Below, piece by piece: positions 39,208 to 49,785 of a stretch of 64,000 nucleotides of DNA. The notes below the pieces were generated by a model. The model ran no database searches and was not told the origin of the DNA. It saw nothing but the letters and a program-made list of their open reading frames with translations. This stretch comes from Octopus bimaculoides. Its lineage: Eukaryota. The position numbers were made by a program, and so were the translations under genes. Position 1 is the first letter of the stretch. Each line of letters starts with the position of its first letter. Where the stretch lies: the NCBI RefSeq assembly GCF_001194135.2, contig NC_068998.1:5906519-5970518 (forward strand). Direction: 5' to 3'.

Positions 39208-39584
39208 AGTGGAGGCGCAATGGCCCAGTGGTTAGGGCAGCGGACTCGCGGTCATAGGATCACAGTTTCGATTCCCAGACCGGGCATTGTGAGTGTTTAT
39301 TGAGTGAAAACACCTAAAAAAGCTCCAAGAGGCTCCGGCAGAGGATGGTGGCGAACCCTGCTGTACTCTTCCACCACAACTTTCTCTCACTCTTTCTTTC
39401 TGTTTCTGTTGTGCCTGTAATTCAAAGGGTCAGCCTTGTCACACTGTGTCACGCTGAATATCCCCGAGGACTACATTAAGGGTACACTTGTCTGTGGAGT
39501 GCTCAGCCACTTGCACGTTAATTTGACGAGCAGGCTGTTCAGTTGAACCCTCGACGTCGCAAGCGACGGAGTGCCAACAACAAC
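39208..39584 (+). mobile_element. SINE family C head with different 3' half and (AAC)n tail, 15-bp TSD
   Basis: TSD aatgcatttaaccat at 39193-39207 and 39585-39599; diverges from the 22713 copy after ...ctttctctcactctt. Confidence 0.9.
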
Positions 39585-40863
39585 AATGCATTTAACCATC
39601 AGCTTGCTTGATCCAGACAACTACCACTGTCATCACGACAACCACTTAAATATGAGCTCAACTCACTGGCTCAAGGGATAAATAGTAAGATCATTCACAA
39701 TTTACTGCTCCTGCCTCTGTAGCTGGTCTATGTACAATACAACAGATTTGAGCTCCAAATGAAAAGCTGCAGTGTCTTACATGTCAAAACAAACATCTTT
39801 TAGTATGAACTTCCTCCTGTGTAGTGGAATTCATTCTTCTCACTCTCCATCATGTACACTGCAAACCGTAGCATCAACTGTTCACTTATGTTATTCAATT
39901 ACTGTATTACCTCAAGAAAGCACTTCAGTATCTACTGCATACATAAATAAATGGTAACATAGTTAGTTAAAGAGTACACCATCCTAACTAATACACTAGG
40001 GTGGGAAAAAGAACAAAATAAATTAATGAATAAAATAAATAAATAGAATGTAGTGAATCTTCTAAGACTGCCGCCAGCAGATATATGGTAATCCTCTGCA
40101 GTTTTCTGATGTTCTTATTCAATGTTAATAATGTGATTAAAATGGGTATGTTAGAACATTAATATAGTAATTGTTATTGATTATCTTTGATCAGCTCTGG
40201 AAGAACAGACAACTGGTTGGAAGGAAGTTGAACATTATGTCAAGGGTAACTACTAAACTTGACATCACTGACACCAAAACATTTGCTCCATGTTTTTTTT
40301 CTATTTGTTTTTTTCTTTTTTTGCACATATACACATGTAATAGAATGTGTGTACTTTATATCCGTTTCCTAATGCTAGAATGGGTTAGACAGATATACTA
40401 CCGAGGTGTTGTTTTGTCAGCCAGATACTCTCCCGGCTGCTAACCCTCACTTGATTTTCATTTTATGTATCTTGGAAAACTCAATGAAGATTTTCTTACT
40501 TTGAGTCCTTGTATGAAGATGGAAAAGGGGGTTCACCAGTGATACTTGAACCCTTTAGCATTCAGATTACTCTGTCTAATGTCCTGCTTATTTATTCACA
40601 TTGTTTTGAATTAATCAAGCATTATCTTGTAGCTTGAACATTTCAATGATGTGACTGTTTCAGTTCTGGAATGGCATTGTAGGGTAAGTGTGAGAGGTAG
40701 GATCTGGTCAGTTTGAATCTAAAATGGGTGGAATATTTTAGCTAGATATGGTTGGTTTAAATGCAAAAGGGCGAATGGTAAATAGAACTGGGGAGATTAT
40801 TTTATGCCTCCATAGATATAATCATCATCATTTAACGTTTGCTTTCCATGCTAGCATGGGTTG

Positions 40864-41033
40864 GACCAAGATCAAAAAGTTAAAAGAAATGACAGATGGT
40901 TATGTGCAGACCCTTCTGACGATCCAGGGGTTATGCATACAAAATTTCCTGCAACTGTCATGGTTTTAGGGGTTGTCAGCAATGAAGGACGTGATGCCTC
41001 CTTACTTCTTTCCACAAGGCCTTAGAGTTAACT
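40864..41033 (+). mobile_element. Fragment of a second maT-like (DD37D-type) transposase subfamily
   Basis: Translates DQDQKVKRNDRWLCADPSDDPGVMHTKFPATVMVLGVVSNEG/VMPPYFFPQGLRVN, homologous to the post-D1 region of the 44579 element (CQDQ...RWL...VMVFGVITSDG...PFIFPHALRLN). Confidence 0.75.
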
Positions 41034-42997
41034 GCTTAGAGTTAAAAAAGAAATAAACACAGCCCTATGCTCTTTAAGGAGTAATGCGGACTATCTAAGA
41101 ATCATCTGACACAACACGGAGTTTGGAAAAAAAAAAGAAAAAGAAAGAAAACCAGTGAAGTGTGAAACAAATAAATTAATTCATTGACACTATTATTCTA
41201 CCTCTCCCTACTATTTATATCTAAAACCAAATATGTGTTTCTGATTCTTAGCTTATCTAAACAGTAACATCTCGTTACACTATCTTAACTGACATAACAT
41301 AACTTTTGGCTCACTTAACAACTTAACCAATACACAACATACCTACCTACCTACCTACCTACACACACAACCATTTGTGTTCCTCTCTAAAATAAATTAG
41401 GCTTACTTTTGATATGATTTGATTTTGCAATAAATCCTCATTAAAGACCAAACAAATCCCCAAGAGATCGTCAAATAAATCTATAACCACCTTTGAAGTG
41501 ATATTACTTATCTCTTGATAAAAATACTTGTTGTTTTCATTTTATTTTTCCTTCGTTAATTTTTATATATTCTATTTTCATTTCTTTTTTCTTTGTATAT
41601 CGTGTAATTTGTTTACTTTTATTCATTTTTATCAAAGAATTCTATTCTAAAAATTACATTGTATGCTGTTTCGGTATTTTTCAATTACAATTAGAAATTT
41701 AGGTTATATTTGGCCAAATAGCTTCCATTTCTTTCTTTTCTCTGTCTGCCCCTTTCCTTCTCCTCATCCATTTTTCTTTTCTTTTTTCTCTCTCCTGTTA
41801 TGCAGTATATCCCAAGGTTTCGAAAGTAGAGGAGTCCAGTTAAGTATTTTACCTGTGTGCTTGCACAAACAATGGAATCCTCAATAAAGTCTCAGAATAC
41901 ACAGACTTATAAAAAAGTCTTGAGACTGTAACCATTTCAGTGCTGTGCCAATGAAGAAGCATCTACATGGGTGCTCGACCAGATGGAAATTGAATATTTG
42001 TTGTAGCCCAACTGTTATACCAAGACAAAACACTGTACAAGATAACACTTCCAATCAATTAAGATCAAAAGCCATGAGAGCCACTGCCTGGTACTGCATC
42101 AGGGCATGCATGCATCCACCTCCTCCTCATCATCATTATCAGTAGTAGTAGTAGTAGTAGTAATTATTTCCTCAAGTCCCACACTAGTAGGTAAGTAGAA
42201 GGCAAACGCTGTCCTTAGTAGGATTTGAACCCAGTACAGCATGCCAAAACTAAACAAAGTACTGTAAAGTTCTTATTTTTGACAATCCACCATACTTAGT
42301 AAGTTTAATATTGATTGGCAACACTGCAAATTATTGTTGGTGTTTAACATACTAATTAACAAAAATAACTATTTTTAAGTAAGAGAGTCAACTGACTCCT
42401 TGGCCTTTCCCCACTGGTGTTGGGAATAAACGATCTTTTGTGAAGAAAAATTCTTGTAAACAGCTCAAGCAATACACAGCAATGATTGTTCAGTCTTCCT
42501 AATAACACATTAACAACTTGAATAACAAATGTGATTAACAGCAGCTCAATTTGTTTTCAATCCAATCACAAAAGAGGAAGTTAGAAATGGGAAACAACAA
42601 CAACAATAGTAGTAGTAATAATAAAAATAAAATTGATGAAGAAAGAGAAAGTATTTAGAAATTGTACATTTTATGTAGGACATATCAACAGAAATGGCCA
42701 GCTTTCTTGGTAACAAACATTCTTTCTCTACATGAAGGTCACAATGAATATGAGAAGAATGTATTGCTTATGGTTGGTCACAAAACAAGGGTAGTGAATA
42801 TAGGCCTTAAATGATTGAATTATTAATAGTAATATTGGTGGTGGTTGGCTGAATTGGCAAGGTGGAAGAATAAAAAAAAAGAAAGAAAAAAAAAACAGAT
42901 GATAACTAAAAAGAAATGGTGTGTGTGTGTGTGAGTGCATGTATGTGTGCATATTCTTGCCTTGACATTGCATGCTGGGTGTCTGCCATCATCAAGT

Positions 42998-43267
42998 GCT
43001 TGAGAAGACCCGTCAAGCCAAGTGAAATCGTAGTCATGGTAGATACTGGTGTCAGGCAACTGGCACTTGTGCCAGTGACATGTAAAAGCACCCATTACAC
43101 TCTTGGTGTTGGTTGGCGTTAAGAAGGGCATCCAACTGTAGAAAGCATGCCAAATCAGACTGGAACCTGGTGCAGCCCCGCAGCTTACCAGTTCTGGTCA
43201 AAGCATCCAACCCATGGCAACATGGACAATGGACATTAAATGATGGTGATGATGATGATGATGATGA
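42998..43267 (+). mobile_element. 5'-truncated RTE copy retaining the ORF2 stop (VLEKTRQAK*) plus 3' UTR and (GAT)n tail
   Basis: gtgcttgagaagacccgtcaagccaagtga precedes the monomer and body. Similar 'AVLKKT' precedes the copy at 30935-31240, and 'QEKT' ends the 44030 ORF2 fragment. Confidence 0.7.
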
Positions 43268-44029
43268 GTATAGTTTCAATACAGATTCTTCTTGATATCA
43301 TTTGTTAAGTGGGATCTGAACATATTCCAAACTACCTAAGGTTTATTTTACCTTTCTTAAATCAGCCGAGTACAGATTCCATGCATTTCCAATTCTTTAG
43401 CTTTATTCATCCACCCATTCTTATGAACATGAACAAAAACACATGGCGGTAAGTTTATATTTAGCATTGTTGCTTTTCATTAAAAAATAAACATTGGTTT
43501 TAATTTGATTCCATCTGTGAGGCAGCTTAACGTGGCATTGAACTTTGGCCTTTCCATGACCTGTACCTTGCTCTTTTCTTTAGAATATAATTTCATGTAA
43601 TTTCAGCTATGTGAAGGATACTGGTTCAGTAGTTAGTTATGTTAGCTATGATCATAAGGTTGTGGGTTCAAATTGTGGGCTAGATGTTGCACTGTTTCTT
43701 TGTACAAGGTACTTCATTTTCATGTGACTTCAACAGTAATGAGTAATGACTATGTGCTGGTGCAGCCCTTTCTTTCTAGCTGTCACATCTTGGCTGTGCC
43801 ACTGGGTCTAAGTGAAATGGGGAGTGCTGAGAAGGTGTCTATGTTTCCTTATGACTACATAGGCACCTAAAACAATTAGCAAAAGCCTGGTACCAAGCAG
43901 TAGTCGAGGCAGATTTTCTATGGCCAGATACCCTTCCTGCCACCGACCCACACCTGCTTCCAAGCAAAGTAATATCCCCCCCCCCATGGAAGACTGGTGT
44001 AGCTCATCATTGTTACTGCTACAAGAATA

Positions 44030-44552
44030 AAAAAGATAGGTCAGAGAGTAACAGAGGTGAAGTGAAATCGCAGGAAAGTTAACAGAGAAGGTAGACTTTT
44101 CATTGTGACAGGTGCAGAGGCACCAGCAGTACTGAGAATGTATGAGAAAACACTCCATCTAATGCTCAGACAATTCCCCAGACGTATTTGAGAGCTTCTG
44201 TTACCTGAGGGACCTAATTAGCAGGAGGGGCAAGTATTCTGAAAACACAGCAATAAGAACTGGTTGCAAAATGTTCAGGGAATTATTACCACTGGACTTT
44301 TCCCCTCAGTGTGTGAAGAATAGATTGTATGATGCTTGTGTATGAAGCATAAGGTCATATGATATTTGTGATGGAAGACAGCTGTATAAATACTGTGTGT
44401 TCAAAGTGAATGGAATTTGTAGGACTGAAAGAGATTGAGGAAGACCTGGGATGAAGGAGTGAAGACAGATTTGAAGTTATTACATCTCCATGATGAGATG
44501 AGAAAAGGCTTGTAGATTGGTGACAAGTTGTCCAAGAGAAGACTCTCTCCTT
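44030..44552 (+). mobile_element. RTE-clade LINE ORF2 C-terminal fragment (degenerate)
   Basis: Reads GKLTEKVDFHCDRC...ESFCYLRDLISRRGK...IRTGCKMFRELLPL...KNRLYDACV* and later RKTWDEGVKTDLK...QEKT. These resemble RTE post-RT motifs (FCYLGD, GW.KFRELLP, RPRKTW). Contains stops and indels. Confidence 0.75.
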
Positions 44553-44578
44553 CTCTCTCTGTACATTTTATATATGTA

Positions 44579-45760
44579 CAGGGTGCAGGGAACAAATTGT
44601 CATCTAAATTACACAAAAATGAAAATGACACTGGCATCTCATTTTAACAGATATATTTACCAAAATTACATAAAAATATCTTGAAATGCTAAAGACTAAG
44701 TTTATTCAATAAAAATTGCCATTGGCTTCAACCACGGCCTCCAGACGACTTTGGAATCCCCTGCAACTCTTCTGGACGTTCTCCTTGTTTAAGTTGGTGA
44801 ATGCTGCCATAATCCTTGCCTTCAGTTCATCTTTGGTGTTACAAGGAGCTTTGTTGGTCTCTTGCTCAACTGTGCCCCACACATAATAATCAAGGGGGTT
44901 GTGGTCTGGAGAGTGAGGTGGCCAGATGTTAGGGGTGATATGGTCGCAGAAATTGTCTGACAGCCATGACTGGGTTCTCCTGCTTGTGTGGCGTGGTGCA
45001 GAATCCTGTTGCCAGACATAGGATATTCCAGCAGTCACACTCTTCACCCGGGGCAGCACTACCTCCTCCAGGCACTTGATGTAGGCTTCTGTGTTGAGTC
45101 TGAGGGCATGTGGGAAGATGAATGGAAATGTAATGGCGCCATCGCTAGTGATCACTCCAAACACCATGATGGTGACTGGACATTTTGATTCTTATCACTC
45201 TGTACATGTTTTGGGGACACAGCAAGCCAACGGCTGTTGTGTGTGTTCCCCATCTGATCCTGGCAGAAATTTTTCTCATCTGGGAAAAACCAAAGCATGT
45301 TCGGTTGAGGAGGGGGGGGATGTTGGAGTTTGTTCAAAAGCTTTGTAGCAGTCTTTCCTCTTGTCCTTGATGGCTTCAAATAAAAATTGGCCCCTTCTGA
45401 TCTTGTATGAGGAAGACCAAATGTCTTCATGCACTACCTGCCTAATAAGAAACTCACACACTCATGTTCCAGACAAACTGAAGAAATCTTTCTGTCAAGC
45501 ATTTTGTCCAGCATGGAAACGGTTCCGCCAGGTCACTGCCAATAAGATCTTACATCATCATACATTTTGTGACAACTGAAAAAATTACAATAGATTTGTT
45601 GAGAGCAGAGAAAGTCCCTTTTTAGATGGAGTTTGAAATATCCGCACACATCTTTCATATAATATCCTCTTTTCACCTTTACCTTTTTCCAGCAACACTT
45701 AAAGGTTTCGTTAGGAAAGAAAAGGCCTAATCTCTTACATTTAACTGAAGCGTTCATGAA
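44579..45760 (-). mobile_element. Decayed Tc1/mariner DNA transposon, DD37D (maT/Bmmar1-like)
   Basis: Transposase pieces: WFFPDEKNFCQDQ (D1), VWQQDSAP (D2), WPPHSPDHNPLDYYVW (D3), with 37 residues counted between D2 and D3. Left terminus TA+CAGGGTG at 44577-44585. Frameshifts and a shortened N-terminus; the other TIR was not found, so the right end is approximate. Confidence 0.9.
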
Positions 45761-46121
45761 GTATCTATTGTGGTGGGTGGGGCAAAGCTTGTAGCCCACT
45801 CCCGGCTGGTTGAAAATAAGGATGAGAGAGTAAGTGGTTTTATGGCCAATAACAGATGGTCTTATCTTTCAGGCTTATTTACATTACAGCTGGTCATAAA
45901 CCACAATAAAAACATTCAGTTAATTTTCACAAAGGCCTCACCTGACAACCAGATGCATGTGAAGCAAGATAAGGAAATGATCCAAGCTCACTGGATTAAC
46001 AAAAGGAGAACAGTTTTGTTTTTCTCTCTCTCCATATTAATAGGTTTAGCAGACATCACTGCCATGCTTATGTCATCCTCACAGCAAAAGACTCCAGCAA
46101 GTCAAGAATTTTCAGACACTG

Positions 46122-46398
46122 TTCATCATCGTTGTTTAACATCCGCTTTCCATGCTAGCATGGGTTGGACGATTTGACTGAGGACTGGTGAAACCAGATG
46201 GCTACACCAGGCTCCAATCTGATCTGGCAGAGTTTCTACAGCTGGATGCCCTTCCTAACGCCAACCACTCCAAGAGTGTAGTGGGTGCTTTTACGTGCCA
46301 CGGGCACGAAGGCCAGTCAGCGTCGCCTTCCTGGCACTTGTAAAGATATTCGAGTGAGATTGTTGCCAGTGCCGCTGGACTGGCTCCTGTGCAGGTGG
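46122..46398 (-). mobile_element. (GAT)n-family RTE copy with inverted 5' segment
   Basis: 46122-46320 is the body in minus orientation; 46318-46398 is upstream monomer sequence in plus orientation (compare about 13003-13099). Confidence 0.8.
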
Positions 46399-46665
46399 TT
46401 CAAAGGGCTAGCCTTGTCCCATTTTCTGTCAAACTGTCAAGGGACATTATCAAAGCCTTGTTGGGTTGGAGTGGTAACTGGAATATTCATTAGCGAAGGT
46501 GTTACACTGCAGAATCAAATTTTGGGGGAAATATTACCTAGTGCATGAGAACATGGAGTTGGAAGAGGAACAGCATCCAGGAGGATTTCTCAGAGTTGTT
46601 GCCAAGAGAACAGTCTTTTTTGATGATTGGTAAGTAAAGTGGTTCTGTAAGGTTTATAGCTGTAC

Positions 46666-47610
46666 ATTGATAAACAGAAGGGCATGTTACAATGTAAATT
46701 CTTTGTTCATAAATAAATATATATTCATTGAATGATTATAAATATTTATCTGTAGGTTAGACAGAACTGGTGCATAGAGCAATGGATACAGTCTAAATTG
46801 CTTGCAGTGATAAACTAGAATCCAAGTTCAAATTTCGCCAGGAGTAGATAAAATATATATAAACTATGTAATTAAATATAAACGAGAAAAATATCATTTG
46901 GTTGCTCGACCCTTTGGGAAATAACAGCCAAACTCACACTCGCCTTAAAAAAGGAAGGACACAATGAATAATATAGTCCCAGACAAACAAAGTCTAGAAT
47001 CATTGACTGATCATTGTATGAACGTCTTCGATCATCATAGATCTGTCTGCTTGATCAGGGCTGACTTGGATTAAACATCAACTACCATAGTGCAAAATAG
47101 AATGCCTGAAATTAAAACGAAATGGCTACGGTTGGAAATCTTTTGACCATAAGGCTGCACATTCAGTGTCCACCGGGAACCCAATGACAACGGTGAGAAA
47201 TCTGTGTTTTAGTTTTCTTTTACTTTTAACCATGTGGTAAATCAATTAGGATATAATTATTGATGTCATAAATAACACCAGAAGTACAGTCAGCTGGATA
47301 CAAAGATGATAGTTGAAATTAGTGGAGTAACTGCACAATAATTCTTCCTACAATAAGCACAAGACCTGAAGTTTTATGGGAGATTGCTAGTGAATTACAT
47401 TAACACAGTACTCAACTGATACTTATTTTACCGAGCCCGAAAGGATGAAGGACAGACTAGGCCGCGGCGGGATTTGAACTCTAAACGTAAAACCGGAAGA
47501 ATAACAATGAAAGTTAACCCCTTGTTTTTACTTATAGAACAAGGGACAGTTTAAATTTAAGAACATTTAAAACTATCTAAAACAGTTCGATTACAATACA
47601 GTTTTATACA

Positions 47611-47682
<72 letters not shown>

Positions 47683-47745
47683 TTCAATGAATATATATTT
47701 ATTTATGAACAAAGAATTTACATTGTAACATGCCCTTCTGTTTAT

Positions 47746-47749
<4 letters not shown>
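46666..47749. repeat. Perfect 71-bp inverted repeat pair (46666-46736 / 47679-47749)
   Basis: Base-by-base identical in reverse complement; the right copy is embedded in a (TA)n microsatellite. Confidence 0.95.
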
Positions 47750-47787
<38 letters not shown>

Positions 47788-47887
47788 GTACATATATGTA
47801 TGTGTATCGATTTGGTGTTAGAATATAGCACATCAATAACACAGAACGTTTTGAACCAGATGAAATCATATTGTAAACAAATGAGAT

Positions 47888-48206
47888 AGGCGTAGGAGTG
47901 GCTGTGTGGTCAGTAGCTTGCTTACTAACCACATGGTTCCGGGTTCAGTCCCACTGCGTGGCACCTTGGGCAAGTGACTTCTACAAAGCCTTGTGAGTGG
48001 ATTTGGTAGACGGAAACTGAAAGAAGCTCGTCGTATGTATGTATATATATTTGTGTGTCTGTGTTTGTCCCCCCAACATCGCTTGACAACCGATGCTGGT
48101 GTGTTTACGCCACCGTAATTCAATAAGTCCTGGGGTCGATTAGCTCGACTAAAAAGGCGGTGCTCGAGCATGGCCACAGTCAAATAATTGGAACAAGTAA
48201 AAGAGT
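47888..48206 (+). mobile_element. SINE family A, young copy with 9-bp TSD, about 170 bp into CDC40 intron 1
   Basis: TSD aaatgagat at 47879-47887 and 48207-48215; A box tggctgtgtgg, B box ggttcagtccc. Confidence 0.88.
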
Positions 48207-48375
48207 AAATGAGATGGTGTTGTAAAAAACCAGATGAAAGAAGGGAGAGAGACAGAGATGCTGAGGAATGAGAAGAAGCACATGGCGGGAGTTAAAGAAA
48301 GAAAGAAACAAAGAGAAAGAGAGAGGAAGGGTGGGAGGGAGTCAATATTATGGTTGTTGTTGCTAATTTATTTAC

Positions 48376-48537
48376 CTTTGAAACAACGTCAGGAGCTGCG
48401 ACGATGGAGATTTTCGCCGATAAGGAGCTGGTCTGGTCAACTGTTTTTAAGTGGATTTGCGTCTCGTCTTCGGAGCCGGAGTTGATAGATTCCTCTGAAC
48501 CACTCGCATACTGCTGCAACGATAACATCGACGACAT
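48376..48537 (-). CDS. CDC40: CDC40/PRP17 coding exon 1 (54 aa, MSSMLSLQQYASGSEES...IVAAPDVVSK)
   Basis: ATG at 48537, 162 nt open, ends AAG|GTAAAT (phase 0). The Ser/acidic N-terminus and 'AAPDVVSK' correspond to the human CDC40 N-terminus as I recall it ('YGSGSGSESDSD...SAPEVAVK'). In frame with exons 2-4. Confidence 0.88.
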
Positions 48538-48539
48538 TT

Positions 48540-48860
48540 GTACTAGAATAAGTTCAGCAGAAATTTGGAATAGTCGCTTCTGATTGGTTGATATTACAGT
48601 GAGTTACATGAAAGCTCTTAAAAAAAAAACAAAAAATACATGCTTATATATATATATTTAGCAGAAAACCGATAGAAAATAAAAAGAGAAAACTGATTGG
48701 TTATATTATCTTTTTTTTCTGTCTATAATTTTTTTTGTAATTTTCCTTAATATAAATAAAGTATGTAAACGATTTAAATGATTAAATGAAAAATATTTAG
48801 GCAGTGAATGAAGAGCAAGTGACCAGCTTGATTGGATATGATGTCGCCATTTTGTGAATT
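48540..48860. promoter_or_regulatory. CDC40 promoter region, probably bidirectional
   Basis: Three ATTGG (CCAAT/NF-Y) boxes at 48583, 48696 and 48831 (two in the context ctgattggtt). YY1-like GTCGCCATTTTG at 48843-48854. Directly upstream of the CDC40 ATG, in a CpG-rich zone. Confidence 0.6.
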
Positions 48861-48963
48861 CTTGATGGAAATATGGGATTAGAGTCGGTGGAAGAAAGCA
48901 TGTGAAAGGCTCTACAAGGGAGTTTCATGTCGCATCTTTTAACTAGAATCGAAGGAGGTAAGT
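48850..48963 (+). other. Candidate first exon of a divergent transcript (possible micro-ORF MSHLLTRIEG)
   Basis: Consensus donor GAG|GTAAGT at 48957/48958 just beyond the promoter motifs; ATG at 48927 gives 10 codons + 1 nt. No downstream coding exon recognised. The start coordinate is approximate. Confidence 0.4.
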
Positions 48964-49384
48964 ACTTGCCGAAACCTAAAACAACAACCAACACATAACT
49001 CAATAATCATTTATCTATATCCACAATCGATTCCATAGAATTTCTTTCTCTTTTACATATTATTTTCTCTGTCTGTCTCAGAATATATCTATCTTTATAT
49101 CTTGAACTATCTATCATTTTTTTATTATTATTATTATTATCATTATTGTTCTTTATGAATATTCACATGGCGTGGGCAACCGAGGAAGCTTTAACTTTAA
49201 CCATACCTTCATGTATTTCTCTTTTTCTCACTCTACAAGCACCAAACACTGAAAGAAATCTTTCCTGCCTCTCTCTACACACATATATACACCTCTTCCT
49301 ATCTTTCTACATACATAACTATATCATTACACACTCACATATGTATGTGTGTGTACACTCATTCACTATATTCTAATACATATA

Positions 49385-49611
49385 TTTATAAAACCGAAAA
49401 TATGTTATATATGTATAATATACATATATATACACACACAATAATATATATATCTATATAATATAGAATAAACTGTATGTATTACACATAGGATATTCTA
49501 TAATTATATATATATATAAACCAAGAATGTTATATATGTATAATATATACACAATTATATATACATATATAATATAGAATAAACTATGTATTACACATAG
49601 GATATTCTATG

Positions 49612-49655
<44 letters not shown>

Positions 49656-49785
49656 AAGAATATGTTATAAATATGGATATACATACATATACATACACAG
49701 ACATGTAACAATGTTCTATACTATAACAATATAGAATAAGGTATATTTATATATACACAGGATATTCTATAATATATATACACAC
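49385..49785. repeat. AT-rich tandem repeat, about 110-120 bp unit, running into a gap
   Basis: Repeated accaagaatgttata...atagaataaact..gtattacacataggatattcta. Confidence 0.75.
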
